A DNA stretch of 36,923 nt, from contig DASVLR010000051.1 of assembly GCA_036384775.1 (NCBI GenBank), forward strand, positions 1-36,923. The letters are read 5' to 3'. The DNA is from Minisyncoccota bacterium (GTDB taxonomy: Bacteria > Patescibacteriota > Minisyncoccia > Phycocordibacterales > PALSA-1337). The notes under the pieces were generated by a model. The model did not search any database, was not told where the DNA came from, and worked only from the letters and a program-made list of their open reading frames with translations. Positions 1 through 8,384 of the stretch are shown here, piece by piece. The first letter of the stretch is position 1, and the number at the start of each line of letters is the position of its first letter. Position numbers and translations under genes: made by a program.

Positions 1-705
1 CGCAAGATCATCAAGCGAGCAAAAATAAAGATGCCCAAAGAGGCAGAAGATTGGCTTGTATCCATGGCCAATGGAGATGCGCGTATGGCCATCACTGCAT
101 TGGAGAACTGCAAACGACTCTACGGATCGATTACGTTGACCAATCTCAAGAACACCTTTGAGCACGCTTTCATCCGTTTCGATAAGAAGGGTGAGGAGCA
201 TTACGACACTATCTCGGCGTATATCAAAAGTATGCGAGCAGGGCAGGCGGACGCAGCTCTCTATTATCTCGCGCGCATGATTCAGGGTGGTGAAGACCCG
301 AAGTTTATCGCGAGACGCATGGTCATTTTTGCATCAGAAGATATCGGCTTGGCACAGCCAACAGCGCTGGTTGTGGCAAACGCAGTGTTTGATGCGGTCA
401 CAAAGATCGGTCTGCCGGAGGCGGGTATCAATCTGGCGCACGGCACTGCATACCTGGCCCTGGCAGCGAAGGATAGAAGCGCATACGATGGGTATTTCGA
501 AGCGCTTTCTGATGTGCAAAAAACAGGTAATCTGCCTGTGCCGATGCGTATCCGCAACGCGCCAACGAAACTCATGAAGGACCTGGGCTATCACAAAGGC
601 TACAAGCTCTACGATGAGGAAAGTTATTTGCCAGACAAATTGAAAGGGAAGCAGTATCTAAAGAAACGCCCGGCTTCTCGATCACCGAAAAAAGACAGGG
701 TGTAA
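1..705 (+). CDS. rarA: Replication-associated recombination protein A (AAA+ ATPase RarA/MgsA), C-terminal part. The frame is open from base 1, so the gene is 5'-truncated by the window edge.
   Basis: The frame is open from position 1. The translation contains the typical MgsA C-terminal helical-lid region (HYDTISAYIKSMRAGQADAALYYLARMIQGGEDPKFIARRMVIFASEDIGLAQP). Confidence 0.85.
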   Translation, partial: RKIIKRAKIKMPKEAEDWLVSMANGDARMAITALENCKRLYGSITLTNLKNTFEHAFIRFDKKGEEHYDTISAYIKSMRAGQADAALYYLARMIQGGEDPKFIARRMVIFASEDIGLAQPTALVVANAVFDAVTKIGLPEAGINLAHGTAYLALAAKDRSAYDGYFEALSDVQKTGNLPVPMRIRNAPTKLMKDLGYHKGYKLYDEESYLPDKLKGKQYLKKRPASRSPKKDRV

Positions 706-739
706 TTGCGGCGATGCATATTCGCATCAGCAGATTCGC

Positions 740-1663
740 CTAGCGGGTTTTCAAGAAATCGGTGACGAGCTGGGTTGAAACGGCAAGCGCAGTCTCCGGA
801 GTGGTCCACTGAATGCGATTGTCACGCTTGAACCAGGTCATCTGACGCTTTGAGTACTGCCAAATGCGGGTGGCGAGGAGATGCATGGCATCGTAGAGCG
901 TAATCTGATTCTGAAGATGTTGGGCAAGGTAGCGATATTCGAGACCGAGCTCATCCATGCGTTCAAACGAGAGTCCCTTTTTTTCATGAAGCGCACGAAC
1001 CTCTTCGAGCATGCCTGCTTTCATGCGGGCATCAAGTCGTCTGTTGATGCGATCACGGAGAACAGAATCTGACGGCTTGATGCCAATGATGATGACGTCA
1101 TATTTTGCTTCGGTTGGCTTCGAAATTTCGGGAACTGCACCAAGGGAGCGGGCAATGATGATGGCACGCGACAGACGGCGTTTGTTTTTGAGATCGATGG
1201 TGGCTGCGCGAGCGGGGTCGAGCTTCTTGAGTTCCTCAAAGAGGGCCTCGACAGACATCTGCTCGAGTTTGTTCTGCTCTTCGGCATCAGCCTCAACCTC
1301 AGGAAAACCGAGATCATCGATGAGCGAGGAGATATAGAAACCGGTACCTCCGCAAATGATCGGGAGCTTGCCGCGTGAAATGATGTCCGAGACTGCTGCT
1401 TCGGCAGCCTGCTTCCAGTGCATGGCGGTAAAGCGATCCTTGGGATCGGCAATATCGAGGCAGTAATGGGGCACACCCTTCATTTCGGTCTCGGTAATCT
1501 TGCCGGTGCCAATATCGAGACCGGTATAGACCTGGCGACTGTCGGCAGAAACGACTTCGCCATTAAATGTGAGAGCGAGCTCTACGGCGAGGTCAGACTT
1601 TCCGGATGCGGTAGGACCGACGATAACAAGAAGCTTTGGTTTGGTTGTAGAAGATGCGGCCAT
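740..1663 (-). CDS. miaA: tRNA dimethylallyltransferase (MiaA)
   Basis: N-terminal P-loop (VGPTASGKS), followed by VSADSRQVY and GGTGFY motifs characteristic of MiaA. Length is 307 aa. Confidence 0.9.
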   Translation of the reverse strand: MAASSTTKPKLLVIVGPTASGKSDLAVELALTFNGEVVSADSRQVYTGLDIGTGKITETEMKGVPHYCLDIADPKDRFTAMHWKQAAEAAVSDIISRGKLPIICGGTGFYISSLIDDLGFPEVEADAEEQNKLEQMSVEALFEELKKLDPARAATIDLKNKRRLSRAIIIARSLGAVPEISKPTEAKYDVIIIGIKPSDSVLRDRINRRLDARMKAGMLEEVRALHEKKGLSFERMDELGLEYRYLAQHLQNQITLYDAMHLLATRIWQYSKRQMTWFKRDNRIQWTTPETALAVSTQLVTDFLKTR

Positions 1664-1723
1664 ATAGTGTGGCGTTACGTAGTAAGTTGTGAGAGACAGC
1701 CTAGCATGTTATTGACAAAATGA

Positions 1724-1753
1724 CAAAAAACCCGCGTCGTTGGACGCGGGTTT
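1724..1753 (-). terminator. Rho-independent terminator downstream of the lipoprotein gene
   Basis: 9-bp GC-rich stem (acccgcgtc / gacgcgggt) with a 4-nt loop. An A6 run on the + strand gives a U-tract on the - strand. Confidence 0.7.
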
Positions 1754-1781
1754 GAACGGAAGAAAGAGCGGGCGATATGTG

Positions 1782-2402
1782 TTACAGCATGCTCTGGACC
1801 GGGATCTCGACGCGGGAATGATAGCGGAGAGCTGCCATAAGGCCAGACGTGCTCATGTTATCGCCGTGCATGAAGATGTCGACAGCGAGACGCAGAACGG
1901 TGCCGTCCGGCGCAATTTCGAGCTCGTGAATGGCGAATATGCCGCTGGTGGTGTTGTACCCGCGACCGTCACCCGAAAAATCGAGTTCGCCATAGTCAGG
2001 ATGGTTTGAAAGCCGCATGCCGCCGTAATTTTTGCCGATAACGAGATCAGCAATCGATTTTGAGGTCGGTGCGCCCACGGCGAGATGCCAGGGCAGACCG
2101 TCTTTGGGACGTACGGTCACATCGATCCAGCGATCCCGGATAATTTTGATGATGAACGTTGCGCCGGAGGCTTCGCTAATGGCGCCGGTTTTACCTTGGG
2201 TGACGTAGTCGGTTGATTTGCCGGTATACGTCAGGATGGTCTGCTCAACAGGGTTGAGCTTCAAGAGAGAGGTAGGGTTGGTGGTGGACTGAGGCTTCTT
2301 GGAAGCCTGCTCCACAACCGGGACAGCCGGCTTCGTTGAAGTGCACGCGGCTCCGCAGAGCAGCACGCAGATAAGCGCGAGAGAACGGACAATGATTTTC
2401 AT
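1782..2402 (-). CDS. Hypothetical secreted protein or lipoprotein
   Basis: The ATG at 2402 gives MKIIVRSLALICVLLCGAAC..., a signal peptide with a lipobox-like Cys. I recognised no family. The longer ORF to 2435 starts with TTG. Confidence 0.55.
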   Translation of the reverse strand: MKIIVRSLALICVLLCGAACTSTKPAVPVVEQASKKPQSTTNPTSLLKLNPVEQTILTYTGKSTDYVTQGKTGAISEASGATFIIKIIRDRWIDVTVRPKDGLPWHLAVGAPTSKSIADLVIGKNYGGMRLSNHPDYGELDFSGDGRGYNTTSGIFAIHELEIAPDGTVLRLAVDIFMHGDNMSTSGLMAALRYHSRVEIPVQSML

Positions 2403-2463
2403 GGGACAGGAATGTGTCTGAAACTGGTTCACCAAAACAATACATTAAATTTTCTCGAGTGTC

Positions 2464-2493
2464 AAAAAAGCCGCCGCGCTGGTGCGCGACGGC
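2464..2493 (-). terminator. Rho-independent terminator downstream of tRNA-Leu
   Basis: 10-bp GC stem (gccgccgcgc / gcgcgacggc, one mismatch) with a 4-nt loop. An A6 run on the + strand gives a U-tract on the - strand. Confidence 0.6.
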
Positions 2494-2647
2494 TGGTGAC
2501 TGTGATCGGCTGACGGCCGATCAGGTGGTCATTGCGTAGGTGCTGGGAACCGTATGCCGCTTCGGAAATATACTCAACCTTTTCGATTCTCCCACGCAAA
2601 CCGTTCAACGGTTTGCTTCCCGGCTAACACTCACTGCGTTCGTTTTG

Positions 2648-2729
2648 TGCCGGGAGGGAGAATCGAACTCCCATGGATTGCTCCGCACGATTTTGAGTCG
2701 TGTGCGTCTACCAATTCCGCCATCCCGGC
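2648..2729 (-). tRNA. tRNA-Leu (anticodon CAA), type II with long variable arm, no encoded CCA
   Basis: The reverse complement reads GCCGGGA-TG-GCGG..AATTGGTAGA..-CACGA-CTCAAAA-TCGTG-variable arm-GGGAG-TTCGATT-CTCCC-TCCCGGC-A. I folded the cloverleaf by hand. Confidence 0.9.
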
Positions 2730-2731
2730 GA

Positions 2732-2758
2732 TTGAAAGAGTCTAACATATGCTAAAAT
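2732..2758 (+). promoter_or_regulatory. Putative parB promoter (TTGAAA, 15-nt spacer, TGcTAAAAT extended -10)
   Basis: The -10 hexamer ends 7 nt before the parB ATG (2766) and there is no Shine-Dalgarno sequence. This implies a leaderless transcript. Confidence 0.45.
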
Positions 2759-2765
2759 ATCTGCC

Positions 2766-3764
2766 ATGCAATCAGGTTATAAAGACAATGCGGTCTTCTG
2801 GGTGGAACTGGAGAAGATCGCTCCGAACCCATATCAGCCGCGCCGCGAATTCGACCAGCATGCCCTCAAGGACCTTGCCGACTCCATCCGTATGTACGGC
2901 GTGCTCCAGCCGCTTACCGTCACTCGCAAGGAGGTCTATCATGAGACGGGCGGCATGTCCGTCGAGTACGAACTCATTTCCGGTGAGCGCCGTTTGCGCG
3001 CATCGAAACTCGCCGGTCTCGCCCAAGTGCCGGTTCTCATTCGTACGGGACAAGATGACGGTCTGGCCAAGCTTGAGCTCGCTATTCTCGAAAACCTCCA
3101 GCGTGAGGATCTCAATGCGGTTGACCGTGCACGTTCATTTGAGCGTCTCGCCAAGGAATTCAATCTCAAGCAGCAGCAGATCGCCGACAAGGTAAACAAG
3201 AGTCGTGAATACGTTTCGAACTCGATGCGTATTTTGGCCCTGCCTGATGAGATTTTGAATGCACTCCAGGACGGCAAAATTTCTGAAGGTCACACCCGTC
3301 CGCTCCTCATGCTCACCGATAGGCCGGAAGAGCAACTGGTCCTCTTCAAGGAGATCATGACCAAGAAGCTCACGGTCCGCGAAGCAGAGTCGCTCTCTCG
3401 ACGCGTTGCTACCGAAAAGATCCGTAACAAGTCCAAGTATCTCGACCCGGCAATCATCGAGATGGAAAAGTCCTTTACTGAAACACTCGGTACGCGTGTT
3501 CGTATTGAAAAGGGGAAGGAGGGCGGTACCGTCACTATCGATTTCTTCTCGCCGGACGATCTTCGTGCGTTGCTGGAAAAGATGCACGCTATGCACAGTG
3601 GCGCTGCTGTATCAGGTGCGGCGGCCGCAGCTGCACCAGCTTCTACAAACAAAGAAGCTGCCCGGGATTCAACCGAGCAGCCTATCGATGATCGTGCCCC
3701 GGCTGATGTGGCCAGGGAAGAGAACACGGAAGATCTCTACTCGTTGAAGAATTTCTCCCTCTAG
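2766..3764 (+). CDS. parB: Chromosome partitioning protein ParB/Spo0J with an Ala-rich and acidic C-terminal tail
   Basis: ParB box motifs (LISGERRLRASKLAGL, LENLQREDLN) and an HTH region. No parA is adjacent. Confidence 0.9.
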   Translation: MQSGYKDNAVFWVELEKIAPNPYQPRREFDQHALKDLADSIRMYGVLQPLTVTRKEVYHETGGMSVEYELISGERRLRASKLAGLAQVPVLIRTGQDDGLAKLELAILENLQREDLNAVDRARSFERLAKEFNLKQQQIADKVNKSREYVSNSMRILALPDEILNALQDGKISEGHTRPLLMLTDRPEEQLVLFKEIMTKKLTVREAESLSRRVATEKIRNKSKYLDPAIIEMEKSFTETLGTRVRIEKGKEGGTVTIDFFSPDDLRALLEKMHAMHSGAAVSGAAAAAAPASTNKEAARDSTEQPIDDRAPADVAREENTEDLYSLKNFSL

Positions 3765-3798
3765 CCTCCGGCTATTTTCCGGCTGCCGATTCTCGATA

Positions 3799-4239
3799 CT
3801 ATCGTGCGCCGGCACCATCGTGTATATCGGCGGTTATAGCGCGCGTGACGAGATCTTCAACGTGACCGATATCCGTAATCGGCTTTTTGATGATATGGGG
3901 AGTGATCGTAGTGAGCACCGTCATCGGATATCGAAGCGGTCCGTCACAGGTAAATATAACCGGAGTATCCATTTTAAGCCTCCGCATACACCTGACGACA
4001 TCGACGCCGTCGATTTTGGGCATATTCAGCTCGACCACAACAAGGTTAAACGGATCATGCGAATGTCCGCTAAGGACGTGGATCGCGTCCTCGCCGCCAT
4101 CGGAGGTAATCACGTGGTAGCCGAGAGCTTCGATGATGCGCATCACAAACTCGCGACTGATGTGGTGATCGTCGACCACAAGTACATTCCGGCGATCGGA
4201 ATCGGAACGAACGGAAACGGGAGGATATTTCGAATTCAT
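3799..4239 (-). CDS. Single-domain response regulator (receiver only) with Glu at the phospho-acceptor position
   Basis: Receiver fold motifs are VLVVDD, LVVVELNMPKIDG (E70, codon gag at 4030-4032, where Asp is expected) and a KKP lysine. It is paralogous to the neighbouring receiver (shared TITPHxxxKP). Confidence 0.8.
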   Translation of the reverse strand: MNSKYPPVSVRSDSDRRNVLVVDDHHISREFVMRIIEALGYHVITSDGGEDAIHVLSGHSHDPFNLVVVELNMPKIDGVDVVRCMRRLKMDTPVIFTCDGPLRYPMTVLTTITPHIIKKPITDIGHVEDLVTRAITADIHDGAGAR

Positions 4240-4294
4240 GCGTATACAAAAAGGGCGTTCCTATGGGTAGACGTATCGTGCTCCGAATACATAC

Positions 4295-4330
4295 AAAAAA
4301 CGACCGCCACGTCCGAAGACAGGGCGGTCG
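4295..4330 (-). terminator. Rho-independent terminator between the two response-regulator genes
   Basis: On the - strand the stem is cgaccgcc...ggcggtcg with an inner gtc-cgaa-gac hairpin, followed by T6. Confidence 0.75.
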
Positions 4331-4359
4331 GAGGGAACAAACGTCGGACGCCTGTTGAA

Positions 4360-4758
4360 TTAGGCGGCCTGCGCGAGGATTTCGGCGACCTTTTCCGTGA
4401 GCTGGCGCGCAAGCGCCGGCTTGTGAAGGTAATGCGGCGTGATGGTTTGCACGTCCGCCATATACGTAGGTATCCGCAGAGATGAGGACACATACAGAAT
4501 GGGGACGTCCAGGTTGCCGCGACGCAGGGCCTGACCCATCTTGATCCCGTCGAGTTCGGGCATCGAGATGTCGCTGATGATGAGGTCCGGCTCGGACTCG
4601 ACCGCAATCTGAAGCCCTTCGCGGCCGTTGGAGGCCGTAGTGACTTCATATCCGATCCGTTCGAGCATGGCCGCCGTCATTGTGCGGATTTCCACGAGGT
4701 CGTCTACGACCAAAATCTTTTTCTTCGGGGTCGTATCCGAAGTTGTTGGTTCTTTCAT
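4360..4758 (-). CDS. Single-domain response regulator (CheY-like receiver), canonical Asp
   Basis: Motifs KILVVDD, DLIISDISMPELDG, YVSSS and HKP. Length is 132 aa and there is no output domain. Confidence 0.85.
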   Translation of the reverse strand: MKEPTTSDTTPKKKILVVDDLVEIRTMTAAMLERIGYEVTTASNGREGLQIAVESEPDLIISDISMPELDGIKMGQALRRGNLDVPILYVSSSLRIPTYMADVQTITPHYLHKPALARQLTEKVAEILAQAA

Positions 4759-4823
4759 TTTCGAAGGAACAGTCCTGACAACTATCTGTTTGAATTAGGC
4801 CCCAGAAGCGGAGCCGTGCTTGT

Positions 4824-4852
4824 ATATTAGCATAAAAAGATCTAAACGTCAA
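4824..4852 (-). promoter_or_regulatory. Putative promoter of the response-regulator gene at 4360-4758
   Basis: The - strand reads TTGACG, a 17-nt spacer, then TAATAT, with TG one nt upstream of the hexamer (TGcTAATAT). Confidence 0.6.
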
Positions 4853-4952
4853 GCAGCCCCGAAAGGCTGCTCAACGTGGGCCTATCTGACCGCCCGGTAT
4901 ATATGAGAAAACGGCGAAGGCATGCCGATCTTACGTATGCGCGGCATCGCGG

Positions 4953-7289
4953 CTACGCAATCTTCTTTTTTTGGAAGCCGCGCTTGGCTTTGGGCTGAGA
5001 GAGGATCTCAAGTGCGCGCTCAAGGGTAATCTTGTAGACATCATCCGGTGCCTTCACCGAGCGGAAGTCTTTGTCACGTACGATATACGGGCCAAAGCGA
5101 CCGATAGATGCGGTGATCTTCACTCCAGTTGCGGGGTCAGTGCCAAGAACGCGCGGGAGGCTGAGATACACGAGTGCGTCTGCGACAGTGACGGTGGTCG
5201 GATCCTTTCCTTTAGGAATGGAGGCCATGCGAGGTTTCGCAGAAGAAGCTGCGGCGGTCTCAGTGGGGTCGCCGGACACAGCCGACTCTGCTGATGATGC
5301 CTCGCCCTTCTTGCGGCGCGGCTTCTTCACCTTGGTGGCCTTCTCGGGCTTGGTGCCGAGCTGAACATACGGACCAAATCGGCCGTTGAGTACGAAAATA
5401 GGCAGTCCGGTGGCGGGATCGGTGCCGATCGGTTCGTCTTTCTTGAATTCGAGACCGTCGATAGTAAGCGCGCCGTCACAATCTGGATAGCGGGAACAGG
5501 AAAGGAACTTACCGTTCCTGCCGAGTTTGATCTCCATAGGAGACGCGCCGCATTTCGGACACTTGAACTTCGGGTCGGCTGCGCCGAGCTTGGTTGCCTT
5601 GCTGATCTTTTCTTTGGATTTTACATCCTTGAGGAACGGGCCGTAGAAATCTGAAAGAGTCTTTACATAGGTGCGATCACCGCTCGCAATTTCGTCGAGC
5701 TGGTTTTCCATGTCGGCGGTAAATGAGTCGCTAATATATGACGGGAAATATTCTTCGAGAAAGGTCGAGACGACGTCGCCGGTATCGGTCGGCTTGAGTG
5801 AGCGATTTTCACGCTCGACATAGCCGCGATCCTCGATGGTCTTGCAGATGGAGGCGTATGTCGACGGACGGCCAATGCCGCGCTTCTCGAGCTCCTTGAT
5901 GAGGCCTGCTTCGGTATAGCGTGACGGCGGCTGCGTCTGCTTTTCGTCGGCACGAATATCGGTGAGGGTGAGCGCTTCGCCTTTCTTTACTTTCGGAAGG
6001 ACTATGTCTTCACCGACGGATTCCGGATCTGCCTTGAGCCAGCCGTCAAAGATGACACGAGAGCCGGTGGTCTCGAATGCAGGGATCGGCTGTGCATCTG
6101 AACCTTCGCCGGTTGCACCAGCGACATTTGCCGAGATCTTGGTGCGCGCCATAATAGCGTCGCTCATCTGTGATGCGACGGCACGCTGCCAGATGAGACG
6201 ATAGAGCTTCTTCTGTTCGTCGGTAGCGCCAGCTGATGCCTTGGCGAAGACAGACGGGCGGATGGCCTCGTGCGCTTCCTGGGCGTTTTTGGATTTGGTG
6301 GCGTACCTCTGAACATTGAGATACTGGTCGCCGTAGGACTTTGTGATGACCGCTGAAATCTGCTCGACAGCTTGTGCGCCAAGATTGGTCGAGTCGGTAC
6401 GCATGTATGTGATGTGACCCGCTTCGTAGAGCTTCTGAGCGATACCCATCGTGCGCGACGGTGAAAAACCAAGACGGGTCGAAGCAGCCTGCTGAAGTGT
6501 CGATGTGATGAATGGTGCACGAGGTGAGCGCTTTACTTCGGTCTCTTCGACATCGGTAACTGTCCAGCCAGCTTTTGGTGAGCGCGCGGTGTCGAGAATG
6601 GTATCAACCTCCGTACGGTCACGCGGTTCTTTTGCACAGGTGAGCTGAAACGCGGCGCCTTTGGCTGCTCCGGATGCGGCAGCCTTGTAATCAGCGGTGA
6701 TGGACCAGTAGGTCTCGGGTACGAATGCGCGGATTTCACGCTCGCGTTCCATAATAATGCGGAGAGCCGGTGATTGAACGCGGCCGGCAGAGAGACCGTA
6801 GCGGACTTTCTTCCAAATGAGCCCGGAAAGATCGTAACCGACGAGGCGGTCGAGAACACGGCGCGCTTCCTGAGCTTCGCGGAGGCGCTCGTCGATCTGA
6901 CGAGGATGCCGGATCGCGTCCTGAACTGCTTCCTTGGTGATTTCCTGGAAGGTGATACGCTCCATTTTCTTGGCGACCCCCGGTCCGAGACGCTCCTTGA
7001 GAACTTCGGCAATGTGCCAGGCGATCGCTTCACCTTCACGATCAGGGTCGGTTGCAAGAATTACCTGGTCGGCCTTCTCGGCTTCATGGGCAATCTCATC
7101 AAGGACGGGACCTTTCTTTGCAACTATCTCATAATGCGGAACAAAGCCGCCTTCGATATCGACTGCTTTCTTCTGAGACTTCGGAAGATCACGGACGTGA
7201 CCGACGGATGCGCGCACGATAAAATCGTCTCCAAGGTATTTGGAGATCGTTTTTGATTTTGACGGGCTTTCGACGATGACGAGCTTCAT
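4953..7289 (-). CDS. topA: DNA topoisomerase I
   Basis: Toprim N-terminus (KLVIVESPSKSKTISKYLG) and the active-site region ITYMRTDS. The C-terminus has one Cys4 zinc ribbon, two GRFGPY repeats and a Lys-rich tail. Confidence 0.95.
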   Translation of the reverse strand: MKLVIVESPSKSKTISKYLGDDFIVRASVGHVRDLPKSQKKAVDIEGGFVPHYEIVAKKGPVLDEIAHEAEKADQVILATDPDREGEAIAWHIAEVLKERLGPGVAKKMERITFQEITKEAVQDAIRHPRQIDERLREAQEARRVLDRLVGYDLSGLIWKKVRYGLSAGRVQSPALRIIMEREREIRAFVPETYWSITADYKAAASGAAKGAAFQLTCAKEPRDRTEVDTILDTARSPKAGWTVTDVEETEVKRSPRAPFITSTLQQAASTRLGFSPSRTMGIAQKLYEAGHITYMRTDSTNLGAQAVEQISAVITKSYGDQYLNVQRYATKSKNAQEAHEAIRPSVFAKASAGATDEQKKLYRLIWQRAVASQMSDAIMARTKISANVAGATGEGSDAQPIPAFETTGSRVIFDGWLKADPESVGEDIVLPKVKKGEALTLTDIRADEKQTQPPSRYTEAGLIKELEKRGIGRPSTYASICKTIEDRGYVERENRSLKPTDTGDVVSTFLEEYFPSYISDSFTADMENQLDEIASGDRTYVKTLSDFYGPFLKDVKSKEKISKATKLGAADPKFKCPKCGASPMEIKLGRNGKFLSCSRYPDCDGALTIDGLEFKKDEPIGTDPATGLPIFVLNGRFGPYVQLGTKPEKATKVKKPRRKKGEASSAESAVSGDPTETAAASSAKPRMASIPKGKDPTTVTVADALVYLSLPRVLGTDPATGVKITASIGRFGPYIVRDKDFRSVKAPDDVYKITLERALEILSQPKAKRGFQKKKIA

Positions 7290-7321
7290 GAATGGAGTCA
7301 GTATTACACGATAGTGAAAAG

Positions 7322-8197
7322 CTACACAAGTTTTATGACGCCGAAATACGAACGGACGATGCCGGCAAGCTCAAGCTCCGAGACGGAGGCGAGTATGTCG
7401 CTTATGGTCATGGCGTCTAGTCGTTCAAGAAGCTGATCGACCGTAGTGTCGCCGAGTGCGACGACCTGAGCGACACGTTGCGCATGTGGCGACAGCGTCT
7501 TGAGTACGAGATCAAACCTCGACGGTGCATCGTCTCCGTCGAAGCCAAGCTCCCGTAGAATATCCGTCGAAGACCGGATACATGCCGCGCCCTGACGGAT
7601 AAGCATATGCGGCCCATAGGAATTTGCAGACAGTATTGATCCGGGCACTGCAAATACGTCGCGGCCAAGTTCTTCCGCATGCTGTGCCGTCAGAAGGGAG
7701 CCCGAACCTTTTGCAGCCTCTATCACCAGTGTGGCATGAGAGATGGCCGCCATCAGCCTGTTGCGTGCAGGGAAGCACCAGCTGCCGGTCTGATATCCGA
7801 CTCGCCACGGTGACAGTAGCGTGCCGCCGGTTTCGACAATGTGCCGTGCGAGATCTTCATGCTGTCGCGGTTGAATCCGCGACCATTCAAGCGTTGAGCC
7901 GGGGAATGCGATCGTCTTCAGGCCTGCGTGTATGGCGGCGTAATGAGCAATACTATCTATGCCGAGGGCAAGGCCGGAGACAATAACGATAGGATACCCT
8001 CGCAGACCTTCGATGAGTTTATTGACAACGTGTTCACCGTATTTCGTGTAATGCCGGGCGCCGATAACGCACACATACTTTGTGTCCGGCGTATGTGTGA
8101 ACTTACCTCGTGCGAACAACGTGCGTGGGCCATTTTTTTGCTGTAAGAGCGTTTCAGGATACTGTTTTGCCGGAATCTCATATATCGAATCATTCAT
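7322..8197 (-). CDS. dprA: DNA processing protein DprA (Smf)
   Basis: Rossmann-like DprA core (VSGLALGIDSIAHYAA, GSGSLLTA) located upstream of topA, which is a common synteny. Confidence 0.9.
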   Translation of the reverse strand: MNDSIYEIPAKQYPETLLQQKNGPRTLFARGKFTHTPDTKYVCVIGARHYTKYGEHVVNKLIEGLRGYPIVIVSGLALGIDSIAHYAAIHAGLKTIAFPGSTLEWSRIQPRQHEDLARHIVETGGTLLSPWRVGYQTGSWCFPARNRLMAAISHATLVIEAAKGSGSLLTAQHAEELGRDVFAVPGSILSANSYGPHMLIRQGAACIRSSTDILRELGFDGDDAPSRFDLVLKTLSPHAQRVAQVVALGDTTVDQLLERLDAMTISDILASVSELELAGIVRSYFGVIKLV

Positions 8198-8384
8198 GCC
8201 GTTAGATCACGAGCGTTCAGGTACGAACCCGGAGCGCTTTTTCCGGCTATGGATCGTACGAAATGACGCTATGTAATAGATAGAGGCGCGGTCATATATC
8301 TCGTTTCCGGTATTCTCTCTCACGCGCGGCAGTAAAACAAGTATAGCGCGCCTCTCTATATATTGCTATGATGGGGCCACTACC

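Noticed and set aside
2546-2574. GGAACC, 17 nt, TATACT: an ECF-like or sigma-70-like promoter pointing into the antisense strand of tRNA-Leu.
   Set aside because: There is no downstream + strand gene before parB, which has its own promoter. The -35 is not convincing for either sigma class. It is probably a chance occurrence of the common TATACT hexamer.
2540-2755. Two 63-71-aa + strand ORFs in the tRNA-Leu region.
   Set aside because: They overlap the tRNA-Leu gene on the opposite strand and have no coding signatures.
3820-4485. 221-aa ORF on the + strand spanning both response-regulator genes.
   Set aside because: It is antisense to two ORFs with unmistakable receiver-domain motifs. Its translation is low-complexity and Arg/His-rich with no recognisable motifs. 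It also runs straight through the inter-regulator terminator.
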